A stretch of DNA of 64,000 nt, taken from an uncultured Planctomycetota bacterium. GTDB taxonomy: Bacteria > Planctomycetota > Planctomycetia > Pirellulales > Lacipirellulaceae. The stretch covers positions 896,001-960,000 of the forward strand of contig CAVRBU010000002.1 of the NCBI GenBank assembly GCA_963719315.1, in the 5' to 3' direction. This document shows, one piece after another, positions 30,915 to 42,986 of the stretch. A program made the translations under genes and the position numbers. The notes below the pieces were generated by a model, which saw only the letters and a list, made by a program, of their open reading frames with translations, was not told the DNA's origin and searched no databases. Each line of letters begins with the position of its first letter. Positions within the stretch are counted from its first letter, which is position 1.

Positions 30915-32355
30915 TCACGCCAGCAAGCCGTGTACTACTTTCCCGGCCACGTCGGTCAGCCGGTTTTGCCGTCCTTGGAATTTGAACGTCAGCTTCGTGT
31001 GATCGATTCCGAGTAGGTGCAGCATGGTTGCGTGCAGATCGTGGACGTGCACCGGGTCACGAACGATGTTGTAGCAGTAGTCGTCGGTTTCTCCGTAGGT
31101 GACGCCCGGCTTGAAACCCCCGCCGGCCATCCACATGGTGAAGCACCGCGGGTGGTGGTCGCGGCCATAATCGGTGGCGGTCAGCTTGCCCTGACAAAAG
31201 ACGGTGCGCCCGAACTCGCCGCCCCAGATCACCAGTGTATCGTCCAACAGGCCGCGCTGCTTCAGGTCGCAGATCAATGCGGCGCAGGCTTGGTCGGTCG
31301 TTTTGCAAAGCCGTTCCAGCTTCTTGGGCAACGAGTCGTGGTGGTCCCAATCGCGCTGAAAAAGCTGCACGAAACGAACGCCCCTCTCGACGAGTCGGTG
31401 CGAGGAGACAATTATGCGCGAACGTGCCGCGCTGTCGGCTGTCTGCACCGTACGACTCGAAGATGTGCTCCGGTTCATCCGATAAATCCGTTAGTTCTGG
31501 CACCGAGGCTTGCATGCGGAATGCCATTTCGTATTGGGCAATGCGGGCATCTATTTCGGGATCGCCCGACGCTGCAAATTCCATTTCGTTAAGGTGTGCG
31601 AGATCGTCGAGCACGCGGCGGCGGGTGTTGCCGTCGATGCCGGGTGGATTCGAGAGGAACAACACCGGGTCGCCGACGGAACGCAGTTTGACGCCTTGGT
31701 ACTTAGAAGGAAGAAAACCGCTGCCCCACAGCCGGTCGTACAAGGGCTGACCGCCCTTGCCCTCTTGCGATACCATCACCACAAATGCCGGCAGGTCGTC
31801 GGCCTCGTTCCCCAGCCCATAGGCGAGCCAAGCCCCCATGCTCGGCCGCCCCGCGATTTGCGAGCCGGTCTGGAAAAACGTCACCGCTGGATCGTGGTTG
31901 ATCGCTTCGGTGTGCATCGACTTCACAATGCACAGGTCATCGACGATTCGCGCTGTGTGCGGCAATAACTCACTCATCCAGGCGCCACATTCGCCGTGTT
32001 GGGCAAACAAATACAGCGATGGCGCTACTGGCAGCCGATCCTGGCCGGCCGTCATAGTCGTGAGCCGCTGGCCCATGCGAATTGAGTCGGGCAGGTCGGC
32101 GCCGCGCCGCTCGGATAGCTTGGGCTTGTAGTCGAACAGGTCCATCTGCGATGGCCCGCCCGATTGAAAGAGGTAGATCACGCGCTTCGCTTTGGGTGCG
32201 AATTGCGGAAAGCCCGCCACGCCGACTGCTGCGGATGCGCCGGGGGCTTTTTCTGCTAACAATGTGGTCAGCACGGCGCCGGAGAGCCCAAACCCGGCTT
32301 GCGCGAGAAACATTCGTCGCGGAATCGACGCTGAACGATCACAAAAACAGGTCAT
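30915..32355 (-). CDS. DUF1501 protein (Tat); frameshift near 31400
   Basis: [53 protein letters not shown]. Confidence 0.92.
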
Positions 32356-32547
32356 CGCAACGGCCCTTTCCATTCCTATGATACAACACTCAAGGCGGAA
32401 AGTATCTCATTCACCCTGTTGTGAGCGGCCTAAGACTTGGCGAACGAGGTCGGTGTGGTCGAGTGCGGAGAATAGTCCGCAAGTCATTCTGTTATAATAA
32501 CGCCCGCTACCAAAGCTCGCCGAGGTTCGATAATCGGAGGTTAATTA

Positions 32548-33423
32548 ATGTGCGTACCGGCTAAAACCACGCTCGTCTTTTGGGCCATTGGCTTGTTCGC
32601 AGCGGCTGCACAAGCTGCGGCGGCGGCGGAACCAGATTTCGTAGTGGCGGCAATGCGGGTCCAACCGAAACCTTGGGATAAAGCCCACAACTTCGCCTTG
32701 TTGGAGCACTACGCCAAGGAAGCGGTCGCGCAAAAAGCCTCACTTGTTGTGACCTGCGAGGGATTCTTGGACGGTTACACTTCGAATCCCCATTTCGTCC
32801 CCGATCTAACGCACGAAAAATTTGTCGAGAACTGTGAGCCGCTGGACGGTCCTTGGCTCCAACGGGTCGGCGAAATGGCCCACCAATTGAAGATCTACAT
32901 TTCGATCGGTTTTGCCGAGCGAGATGGCGACAAGTTGCACAATTCAGTGGCTGTGTTTTCGCCCGCCGATCACATCGTTTTGCACTACTCCAAAACGCAT
33001 TGCCTGGACGAACCGTTTAACACACCGGGAAGCGCCTTTCCGGTCGCCACAACCGATGTCGGCACTCTGGGCGCGCTGATTTGCTACGACCGAAGATTTC
33101 CCGAAGTATCGCGTATTCTGGCGTTGAAAGGCGCTCAAGTCCTGCTGATCCCTGCCTATGGAACCGATGGCGAGCGGAACGAGGCCTTGCTGCGGACCAG
33201 GGCTTGGGAGAACAGCGTGTGGGTCGTGTACGTCCGGCAGAATCAGGCGCTGGTCATCAATCCGAGCGGCAAGATCATCGCTCGCGATAGGGGCAAGGGT
33301 GACGAGCTTGTTGTCGCACGGATCGACCTCGGTGGGGAAAAAGGCACCGGAGAGATTTACGAACGCCGCTCGCCAGAACTTTATCGCGAACTGATTGAAA
33401 TCGAAAAGCCCGCCAAACGATAG
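32548..33423 (+). CDS. Secreted carbon-nitrogen hydrolase (nitrilase superfamily)
   Basis: Signal peptide; Glu (TCEG), Lys (YSKTH), Cys (LICYD) triad; TRAWEN. Confidence 0.9.
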   Translation: MCVPAKTTLVFWAIGLFAAAAQAAAAAEPDFVVAAMRVQPKPWDKAHNFALLEHYAKEAVAQKASLVVTCEGFLDGYTSNPHFVPDLTHEKFVENCEPLDGPWLQRVGEMAHQLKIYISIGFAERDGDKLHNSVAVFSPADHIVLHYSKTHCLDEPFNTPGSAFPVATTDVGTLGALICYDRRFPEVSRILALKGAQVLLIPAYGTDGERNEALLRTRAWENSVWVVYVRQNQALVINPSGKIIARDRGKGDELVVARIDLGGEKGTGEIYERRSPELYRELIEIEKPAKR

Positions 33424-33437
33424 AGCGGCGGAATATG

Positions 33438-34420
33438 CTAGAACCGAGCGGCTGAATTGCGGATCACTTTGTGCGACTTCTGAAAGTCGTCCCATAGTCC
33501 TTGTAGCCGTTGCGTCGACGGCAAATCCGGCGATTTCAACATGCAGTGGCGAATGTGGACCACGAACTCAGCATTTTTGGCGAAAGATCGCTCCTGCGGT
33601 CCTGGAAACAAAATGTAATCCATTGCTTTGCCCTTGATGCCCTGCGCCAGTGACGCGGCATATTGCGGCTCGATCATGACGACAGACCGCCAACCGGCGG
33701 GCGAAGCCTGGGACACCATCACGGGATGCAACCATCGGCCTACGATCTTTCCGTCGCCGCGTGGGCAACGTGGTATCGCATTCCGCTCGAGAAAGTAGGC
33801 CCCAGGATGAGTGACGTAACCATCCAGGTGAGATACGCCGCGATCGGCGAACAGCACAAGTTTCCCGGACTGGTCCCAAAACCAGAACGAATGGTCACGA
33901 TTGAGCGGCGTGTAACAGGCAAAGAACTGGAAGTACTCTTCCACGTCGTGGCCAGAGGCATTGCGGATCTTCGTTACAACGTCCCAATGCGGCGCATCGC
34001 GGTCGATCGTATCCGGCAAGATGAAAGTCTGCCGGCAATCGAAGCCGTCGATTTGGTAGGAAATCACGGCACTTCGTGGCTCTTGCGCGGCGCACGAAAT
34101 GCCACTTGAGCATAGTACCGCGGCCGACAGCTATCGCCCCACGGTTGATCTTTCCACCATTGCCACTCGCGATAATCCCAAGCACCGTCGGCATCGCTTG
34201 AATCGGTCCATCGATCGGCATTGTCGCCCGCGGGCGCCACTCGTCCGGTGCCGCGCGGATCGAATGCGAGCGTTAGCGCATTATCGCCCTTGGCGGTGTA
34301 TAGATTGAATGTCTCCGATGGAGTCGTCACCGCTGGCGGATGCTTGTCCTCGCATGCGCGGTCGCCCGACCCGATCAGCGTGAGCGCAATTGCACAAAAA
34401 AGCGTAGGATGTCTTTTCAT
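33438..34420 (-). CDS. Secreted hypothetical protein, split by a frameshift near 34075
   Basis: Two abutting minus-strand ORFs (34064-34420 with signal-like N-terminus; 33438-34067). Confidence 0.55.
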
Positions 34421-34629
34421 GGGTACCAGTATACTCGATGGCTAGGCTGGGGAAGGGTGTAGCAACCATCATACGCATCGAAATCGCGTACAACGTAGGT
34501 TCGTTCGGGATATTCTGATAGCGAAGCCGTTGCTCGCTTGGCGATGATTGGCGAAGATTGGCGACGGTCGCCGCCACTCATGAAACGTCAATTTCAGGGA
34601 TACAATCATAGATCCAGTAGGTATCAATT

Positions 34630-35921
34630 ATGCGAAACTTGCAGTACGCTCTCGGAATCGTTGGCGCGTAATGGCAGCAACGATCGCAACTGCCCGACAA
34701 CCCAACATCGTCTTTATCCTGGCCGACGACGTCGGATGCGAGGTGCTTGGGTGTTACGGCGGCTCTTCGTACCAGACCCCCAACATCGATCGGCTCGCGG
34801 CGGATGGCATCCGCTATCGGCAAGCGTATGCCATGCCAGTTTGTCATCCCACACGCATATGTTTGTTGACAGGCCAGTATCCGTTTCGGCTCGGTCACCC
34901 GGAATGGGGTAGCTTTCCCCGCGAGGTCGAATCGCGAACGCTGCCGGCCGTGCTTAAACGAGCCGGCTATGCCACGGCCGTCGCGGGCAAGTGGCAGCTT
35001 GCGCTGTTGAAAGACGACTTGGAACAACCTCATCGTATGGGCTTCGATGAATACTGCCTGTACGGCTGGCACGAGGGTCCGTGGTACTATCAGCCGCTTA
35101 TTTGGCAAAACGGAAAGCTCCGCACCGACGTTCGCGATCGTTACGGTCCCGATGTCATGTGCGACTTCTTGATCGACTTTATCGAGCGCCATAAAGACCG
35201 CCCGTTCTTTGCCTATTACCCGATGTCTTTGTGTCATGCCGAAACGAACGACCTCGACCAGCCAGCGCCCTTCGGGCCCAAAGGTCAGTACGATAACTAC
35301 GCGGAAATGGTCGCCAAAATGGACGAGCGGGTGGGGCGAGTCGTTGCAGCCCTCGAACGCTTCGGTTTACGCGAATCGACTCTGGTCGTCTACTTCTCTG
35401 ACAATGGTACCGCCGCGAAAAACCTCATCGATGCCAAAGGCAATGAATACGTTTACGAAGATGTGGTCTCGAAGATCGGCGATCGAGAGATTCGGGGCGG
35501 CAAGGCGACACTGACCGATCGGGGCACGCGAGTGCCATTGATCGTCGACTGGCCCGGAACGATCGAGCCGGGAAAAGTGTACGACGACCTAGTCGACGTT
35601 AGCGATATGCTGCCGTCGTTGGCGGACGTGGCGGCGGCCAAACTGCCCAATAGCGTGACCCTCGATGGCCATTCGTTGACGGCCCAATTGCGCAACAATG
35701 CGGTGCCGCGCGAGTGGGTGTTCGCCGAGCATAAAAGCCAATGTTTTGTCAGAAACCAGAGTTGGAAGCTTTACAATGACGGACGCTTTTACGACATGGT
35801 AGCCGACCCGGAGGAGCAGCGGCCCCTTGCGAAGGATTCGTTATCGTCGTCCGGAGCCGTCGCGCGGCAGAAACTTCAGCAAGCTCTGGACGGACTCAAT
35901 TACCAGCCACCGCCAAAGTGA
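34630..35921 (+). CDS. Formylglycine-dependent sulfatase; probable frameshift in the signal peptide near 34668
   Basis: PNIVFILADD, CHPTR (CxPxR), GYATAVAGKW, SDNG. Confidence 0.92.
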
Positions 35922-35952
35922 TGGACTATCGATTGGCGATCATTGAACCGAG

Positions 35953-36054
35953 GGTGGCATGCTCTCGTGAAGCACAACATGCCCACGCTCGCGGTTAAGC
36001 GCGGCTGCTTCTCGTGAGCATGCTGGCGCGAGCGAGAGCAGAGAGCATGGCACC
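35953..36054. repeat. REP-like inverted repeat between convergent genes
   Basis: GGTGGCATGCTCTC...GAGAGCATGGCACC, 13 of 14 positions complementary. Confidence 0.55.
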
Positions 36055-36078
36055 GCAAAATCTCATGTCGTCGGTGCG

Positions 36079-39000
36079 CTAGTGCTGCGTGATCGCCTCG
36101 TCCAGATTCAAGAGCATGTTGGCGATGGCAGTATATGCGGCCAGCTCTGGAGCGTCGAACGACTTGTCTCGTATTCGTTCACCCACCGCAAGCAACTTTT
36201 CGGCTTCGTCAGGATGCTCCCTGTAATGCTCGAGGTGTTGCCGGAAGGCCGACAACAGCACTTCTTTCTCGGGCGCGGTCGGCGTGCGGCTGGCAGCGAT
36301 GCGAAATGCTCGGCTGAGATGATCTTCCGGAGCGGCATCTGCCTCTTTCATCGTGCGCTCGGCAAATCCGCGCGCGGCTTCGACAAACGCAGTCTCGTTC
36401 AACAGCGTGAGCGCTTGCAACGGAGTGTTCGTCCGTTCTACGCGGACCAGACAAGTCTCGCGGTTCGGTGCATCGAACAGGGCGAGTGCTGGGAACGGCA
36501 CGGTCCGCTTCCAAAACGTATACAAGCTGCGGCGATACAATTTGTCGCCGTGATCCTGTTCGTAATTGTCGTGTGAGAGTTCCTCCCACAACCCCGCCGG
36601 TTGGTAGGGCCGCACCGACGGCCCGCCGATTTGCTCGACCAGCAACCCTCCGTCGTAGAGCGCTTGATCTCGAATCACCTCGGCCGGCAGGCGAAACCGT
36701 GGCCCGGCGCCAAGAACCGATTTTCCGGATCGGCGGCCAGCGCTTTCGGTGAAACGTGCGACGATTGCCGATAGGTGGCGCTGGTGACAATTAGTCGCCG
36801 CATTGCCTTGACGTTCCAACCGCCGTCGATCAGTTCTCGCGCCAGCCAATCGAGAAGCATCGGGTGGCTCGGCGGATCGCCTTGCGCGCCGAAGTTTTCG
36901 GCCGTTTTCACAAGCCCTGTGCCGAAAGACATCTGCCACAAGCGATTGACGATTACTCGCCCCGTCAATGGCTGGCCTGGATCGACGAGCCATTTGGCGA
37001 ATCCCAGCCGGTTCCGCGGAGCGGCGGCCGGCAGCGGCGGCAACACGGCCGGAACGCCGGGATCGACCTCCGCGCGCGGCTGATCGTACTGTCCCCGGAA
37101 TAACACGTGCGCCGGACGCCGCGCGGTCATCTCTTCCATCACCATGACGCTCGAAAAACTTTCGATCAGTTGTTGGAGCGCTTGTTCGGCGGCATGGAGA
37201 CGATTATTTGCCGCCGCGATCGCGGGCGGCGCGTGATTTGTCAAAAAGCATTCGCGCAATTTTCTCGCTTCGCCTGCCGTTCGTGCGCCCGCTGGCTGTG
37301 CGATGATTTCGCGAACGGTCTTCGGCGTCGCCAGGATCTCCACTTCCTCGGGAGTCAATTCGTCCTTGTAGGTTCGAATCTCGTCAATCCGACCATGAAA
37401 ATGGCTGGTTGGGTCGCCGCTTGCGCCAACCCACAGCGGCCCATGATTGCCAAACGATTGATACAGCGAGTCGATCTCGACATCGACACTTTGCGGAACA
37501 CCATCGAAATACACGCGCACACCCTTGGCAAAGCGCGATCCATCGACCGTGACGGCGACATGTGTCCATTTACCCACCGGAAGCCGATCCCTCGTTACGA
37601 GACGAATCGCGTCATCAATCCACTGCGCGATTAGATTTACGCGCACCCGCCCATCGCGCACCACAAGATCAATGCCTTTGGGCTTCGCTCCATCTTCCGT
37701 ACGCGACACGATTGACCCATTGCAATCCTTTTCCGGCCAAACCCAGGCGGCGAGCGTAAAACTATCGTCGGCGTCATAGTCGGCGATATCACCGGCGTTC
37801 AAATGAACCTGTTTATCGAGCGTCAGGCCTCTTCCGAGCATGCCAGTGTCGAAACAAGCTTCCCCGCCAACGCTCCGCACATCTTTTGCCTTCCCTGTCG
37901 CTTCATTCACATCGCCGTCCAACGGGAAATACAGGTCAAGTGCGCGCGTTACATTGAAGTCATCGAGCCGGCGACGATCGACCGAGCGTTCCCACGCCGT
38001 CTGCGCGCGCCCGATCTCCGGCTCTATCCGCGTCATAGCCTCGCGAACCGAATTCAGTTCGCCTTCCAGCTCTACTTGTCGGTGCGCTGTGCGCGCGTCG
38101 GAGCGGCCATGAAGGGTGGCGTATTTCCCTTTTTGCGGGCCCGGCCGTCTTCGGGGACGTTGTTGAAAAACGCGAAGAGTTGATAGAACTCGCGTTGAGA
38201 GATCGGATCATATTTGTGATCGTGGCAGCGGGCACAAATCACCGTTAATCCAAGCCAAACTGTAGCCGTCGTATCAACGCGGTCCACGACATACTCCGTG
38301 CGGAACTCTTCGGGAATCGCGCCCCCTTCGGAATTGGCCCGGTGATTGCGATTGAAGCCAGTCGCCAGCCGCTGTTCCAAGGAAGGATTGGGCAGAAGAT
38401 CTCCGGCCAATTGTTCGATCGTGAATTGATCGAAGGGCATGTTTGCGTTAAATGCCTCGATGACCCAGTCGCGCCACCGCCACATACTCACGTCGCCGTC
38501 GCTTTGATAGCCATACGTGTCGGCGTAACGTGCCGCGTTGAGCCACGGCGTCGCCATACGTTCACCGTAACGGGGAGCAGCCAGAAGGCGATCGACCAAT
38601 CGTTCATAAGAATCCGGCGCCGCATCGGCCAGGAATGCGTCGATTTCTTCCGGTGTGGGAGGCAGCCCCGTGAGATCGAGCGTTACGCGACGGATGATTG
38701 TTTCGCGATCCGCCTCTGGAGAAGGCGTGAGTCCCTCTTGCCCCAATCGCTCAAGAATGAACGCGTCGATCGGGTTTCGCACCCATGCGCTGTCGTTCAC
38801 TTGTGGCACTGCCGGCCGCTTGGGCGCGACAAACGCCCAATGCGGTTGCCATTTTGCGCCCTGCTCAATCCATTGGCGGATTCGCTCAACCTGATCGGAA
38901 GAGAGGCGGGCATGCGCCTTGGGCGGCGGCATCCGCTCCTCTTCGTCGTCAGACGTAACTCGACGAAACAGTTCGCTTTCATCCGGACGATTGGGAATCA

Positions 39001-39243
39001 CCACCCCAGGCGAGTCTTTGTCGCCGAACACGCGATCGCGCAAATCGAGCCGCAGATCGGCCTTTCGCGATTCGGCGTCCGGCCCGTGGCACTGGAAACA
39101 GTTCTCCGATAGGATCGGCCGGACATCGGCGCAAAATCGATGCTTGTCGATGCTGGCTCCGCTGCGACGACTCCAAGTATCGTTGCCAACGACCAGCCGA
39201 CGGAACCTAGTGATGCAAGAGTTTTCCGCAAGTACGCCGTCAC
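36079..39243 (-). CDS. Planctomycete cytochrome c protein (DUF1549/DUF1553, PSD1) with LamG insert; frameshifts near 39130, 38075, 36705
   Basis: CFQCHGPD, NPIDAFI, RRVTLDLTGLPP, CARCHDHKYDP, PSHPMLLDWLA, YRRSLYTFWKR, TNTPLQAL across four ORF pieces. Confidence 0.9.
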
Positions 39244-39258
39244 GGTAGCACTAAAGTT

Positions 39259-41715
39259 TCAGCGATCAACAAATTGCATGGAATAGAGCTTCGTACCGCG
39301 CATTCGAAATTCAACCTGCACGGGGCGGCCAGCGAGCGCGGAAACATCGTGTCCCTTTCCCATCCATTCTACCTCGGTGTCGATGTGATCGCCGTTGATG
39401 TAAATGCAATCATCCTCGGAAAAGCCCTCGATCGGTTTGCCGTCCTCGTCGAGCAGACCGATTTGGGCATAGCCAGCAGCCCCGGTATCGATATTCAAGA
39501 CCAACCGATTTCCTTTGAACGTCAGTGGCCGCGTCACGAGCTTGCCGCCCGTGTAGGGTGTGTCGGCGGATATGAAGCCGTCGAATCGCTGCACGACGCG
39601 AAACACCGCTTCCCTCCCGTTACGCGACCAATTCGAATGGTATTGCTCGCTGCCGAAATAGTACTGCCAGATTTCCTCGCCCCGCCGCACCATACCGTGG
39701 GCGATGTAATTCTTATGGATATCGATGCCGTCGTGCCGGCCGATCTTGATATAGGCCGGCCGCGGGTAGCGCTTCCAGTGCAAACCATCGCGGCTGACGG
39801 CGATCTGTGTTTCCAGAGTGCCCGACCCTCGGTCGCGGTCTTTTTCGCCAAGCGCTCGACGTTCCTCAGGTCCGTCTTCGTGATAGTGAAAATACATCAG
39901 TGGAAACGCCAGGTACGTGTCTGGCGCCCACGGATACTTCAAGTTTTTCGGGACGTAGATGTCCGTGGCAATGGGGTCGAAGCCGCCCATCGGCGCGAAA
40001 ATCGTTGGGTACTCGACGCCAAATCCGGCAGGAGTTAGCGGTCCGTTATCGAGGTACCACGGTATCTTGTTGCCGATTCGCCGGTGCTTCCCAATCTCGC
40101 GCTGATCTGCCTGCGTCAGCGGCTTGAATGGCCAGGGTCGCATGGGGTCGGTCGTTTCAGTCATCACGAACGATCGCTCCGTGTGCCCGCCGACCGTCTC
40201 CGGCATGTCGGATCGATGGAAAGCAACATACTTTTGCCGTTGATCGTCGTAGTAGGCAATCGATTGCGACGACGCTCGGAACGGCAGCGCGCTGGTTTCG
40301 TTCCGGCGAAAACTGTAGCCGTCCGGCGAGGTGTAGATGTAGATTCCTCGCCCTCGATAGCCGCTCAGGTATTTGAAGCGCTCGTCGGCCGGAGCGTTTG
40401 GATCAACGAATATCGTGCCCAGACCGACCGGATCCTCGATCACGATGTTTGGAGTGCGGTTGTTAGCGGGGTGCAGTTTGGGCTTCTCGAAGTGGATTCC
40501 GTCGCGCGAGGTGAGAACTGCCAGGCAATCCCCTTTCTCGCGATAATAAAGGCGGATGATGCCTTCGGCGTCTTCGAACACAACAAGGTGGCCGATAACA
40601 CCATCGAGAACGCGCTCTGCCGGCCGCGGCGGATTGACGTTGAACAACACGTTTTCGCTATTCGCCACGATGGAATCGTCGATGAACAAATACTTTCGAT
40701 TCCCCAGCGCGACCGGGTCGTTTGCAGCATGTTTGCCGGCGAATAGTAGGGGCGGCCCCGCCTGCAGCTTGTAAGGCTTGTAATCGGCCCGATTGTACTT
40801 GGAAAAACTATCCGGCGGCGTGAACTCGCTCGTATAGACCTGCTCATCGGAAATCCGAAGTTCGTCAAGCCGGCCCGGTAGCGGCCGCTGCCAGTTTCCG
40901 TCGCGTCCAATGCTAAGATAATCTTCCGTGCCGTCCGGCAGGCGTTTGAGCAAGCACTTCGCGGGCAGGGGCTGCAACTTGCCATCCACGTAATGCCGGA
41001 GTTGCCGGTTGGCCGCGTCGTACACAAATGCCAGGTGGCGCCACGATTGTGAATCGGGCGAAAGTGCGGCGGCGGCGGAAGGGATAAGCAGCCGCGTGCC
41101 GCTTGGCTGGTTCCAAAGGGTGAAGCCTTTCCGATCCGGATTTATCGACAATTGCGTTACACGATCATTCTCGCCGCGCGGTCCGCTGCCGATTTCCAGA
41201 ACGACGCCCTCCTCGTTTTTGATACGGGTCGGTTGATACCAGAACTCGACCGTCCAATCCATGTTGCCGAGATTCAGAGCTGTTTCGGTAGGGCTGGGGA
41301 AACCAACTTCCTGCCGTAAGTGCCGCTCGCCGCGGGTCATGAGCGCGCAAAAGTTGGCGTTCGACCAATCCATTGGCGGCACTTTGCGGGAAGGGTCAAG
41401 CTCCGGCCGGCGCTCGAACCCCGTATAGCGATCGTTCAGAGATAAATCGATCTTGGGCTGTTCAATTGGCTCCAGAGCCCCTGCGAATTTTCCTTCCACC
41501 AACTGGCCGCCTGAACCGATCACCAGCGGATAGTTGTTCGCCGAGGCGTCGCCCAACACACAGCTCGGGTAGAGACCGACCTGCTCGTCGAACAACCACA
41601 ACGCAACGGTCTTCCCCTGCGTTACATTCGGGATGCACACCGGCCCGAACACGGCGAACGCAACGATGACGGTCACCACACACAAGCTGCGACTTGGCGA
41701 TTGCAGTAAACTCAT
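39259..41715 (-). CDS. Secreted LamG-like plus beta-propeller (glycoside hydrolase-like) protein
   Basis: WTVEFW, WRHLAFVYD, YVDG, GRLDELRIS; SRDGIHF, SPDGYSF, SRDGLHW blades; R.DGFIS...LYSMQF C-terminal module. Confidence 0.75.
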   Translation of the reverse strand: MSLLQSPSRSLCVVTVIVAFAVFGPVCIPNVTQGKTVALWLFDEQVGLYPSCVLGDASANNYPLVIGSGGQLVEGKFAGALEPIEQPKIDLSLNDRYTGFERRPELDPSRKVPPMDWSNANFCALMTRGERHLRQEVGFPSPTETALNLGNMDWTVEFWYQPTRIKNEEGVVLEIGSGPRGENDRVTQLSINPDRKGFTLWNQPSGTRLLIPSAAAALSPDSQSWRHLAFVYDAANRQLRHYVDGKLQPLPAKCLLKRLPDGTEDYLSIGRDGNWQRPLPGRLDELRISDEQVYTSEFTPPDSFSKYNRADYKPYKLQAGPPLLFAGKHAANDPVALGNRKYLFIDDSIVANSENVLFNVNPPRPAERVLDGVIGHLVVFEDAEGIIRLYYREKGDCLAVLTSRDGIHFEKPKLHPANNRTPNIVIEDPVGLGTIFVDPNAPADERFKYLSGYRGRGIYIYTSPDGYSFRRNETSALPFRASSQSIAYYDDQRQKYVAFHRSDMPETVGGHTERSFVMTETTDPMRPWPFKPLTQADQREIGKHRRIGNKIPWYLDNGPLTPAGFGVEYPTIFAPMGGFDPIATDIYVPKNLKYPWAPDTYLAFPLMYFHYHEDGPEERRALGEKDRDRGSGTLETQIAVSRDGLHWKRYPRPAYIKIGRHDGIDIHKNYIAHGMVRRGEEIWQYYFGSEQYHSNWSRNGREAVFRVVQRFDGFISADTPYTGGKLVTRPLTFKGNRLVLNIDTGAAGYAQIGLLDEDGKPIEGFSEDDCIYINGDHIDTEVEWMGKGHDVSALAGRPVQVEFRMRGTKLYSMQFVDR

Positions 41716-41938
41716 GTGGAATTTTCACTCAGGCGAAGTACGGATATGATTGCGGACCAGCCTCTCTAGATTCCCTTGGTCGACCGGTGCTGGCGCAAGC
41801 GAAGATTACCTTTGACCCTAACGGCGAAGTAGGCGGGTGTCAATTTTACTGGATTTACGGCACGTGCGCGACGTATGATCTGGTAAGTTACGGGCCCATT
41901 TCTCGTACACCACAACTAACCAAACTTGAGTTGTCGCG

Positions 41939-42979
41939 ATGTTCCAGCGAATTACCTCAGTAGCCCTGTCCCGTCCTCGCAAACAATTGTGCGGCCACAA
42001 TTATCTGCTCTTACTTGTGAGCGCAGGTTGGCTGTGGATTCTCCAAGCGGCTGCGCTATCCTCAGCGGCAATCGCAGCCGATACGTGGTCCGTGCTACGC
42101 GACAACGATCGTGGACGAATTCAAATTGATCTCGGTGGCAAGCCGTTTGCCACCTACACCTATCGCGATTCGGCGATTCCGCGTCCCTACTTCGCCAACA
42201 TCTATTCTCCCAGCGGGATCAAGATCACTCGCAATCACCCGCCGGCGGCCAATGACCCTCAAGATCACGATAAAATTCATCCTGGCATGTGGCTGGCCTT
42301 CGGCGACTTGTCCGGTGCAGACAGTTGGCGGCTGGCCGCGCCCGTTGAGCACATCCGCTTCGTTTCCGAGCCGGCTGCCAAAGGCAATACCCTAAAATTC
42401 GCCGTGGAAAACAAATACCTGGCAGCCGATCGCAAGCATGAGATTTGCCGTGAGATCTGCCAGTACACATTCCTAACTTTGCCAGACGGCGTGCTCGTTA
42501 ACTGGGACAGCGATTTTCACTCGAGCCAGGAAAGCTTCGTATTCGGCGACCAGGAAGAGTTGGGCGTAGGCGTACGATTGGCAAAGCCGATCGCTGTCAA
42601 AAGTGGTCAGGGCGGGCGCATTCTCAATAGCAACGGACAGAAAAACGAGAAAGGCGCCTGGGGCCAGCAAGCGGACTGGTGCGACTACAGCGGGACGATT
42701 GGCGATGAGTTCATAGGTATCCTACTGATGCCGCATCCCGACAACTTTCGCATGTCGTGGTGCCATGCCCGCGACACCGGATTTATGGCGATGAATCCAT
42801 TTGGAAAGAATGCGTTTACCGGTGGGGAGAAAAGTGCGATCGTTGTACCGCCTGGAAAATCGTTCCGCTTGCGATACGGCGTCCTGTTTCACTGGAACAA
42901 ACGTCCCAACGAATTCGACCCGCGGAGAGCGTACGAACAATATGTCAAGTTCGCAACCAAATCGCCGGGAGCCGAATGA
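41939..42979 (+). CDS. Secreted DUF6807 family protein, paralog of 24309-25307
   Basis: ITRNHPP, HPGMWLAFGD, FGDQEELG, WCDYSG, HARDTG..NPFG. Confidence 0.8.
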   Translation: MFQRITSVALSRPRKQLCGHNYLLLLVSAGWLWILQAAALSSAAIAADTWSVLRDNDRGRIQIDLGGKPFATYTYRDSAIPRPYFANIYSPSGIKITRNHPPAANDPQDHDKIHPGMWLAFGDLSGADSWRLAAPVEHIRFVSEPAAKGNTLKFAVENKYLAADRKHEICREICQYTFLTLPDGVLVNWDSDFHSSQESFVFGDQEELGVGVRLAKPIAVKSGQGGRILNSNGQKNEKGAWGQQADWCDYSGTIGDEFIGILLMPHPDNFRMSWCHARDTGFMAMNPFGKNAFTGGEKSAIVVPPGKSFRLRYGVLFHWNKRPNEFDPRRAYEQYVKFATKSPGAE

Positions 42980-42986
42980 GTCGGTG

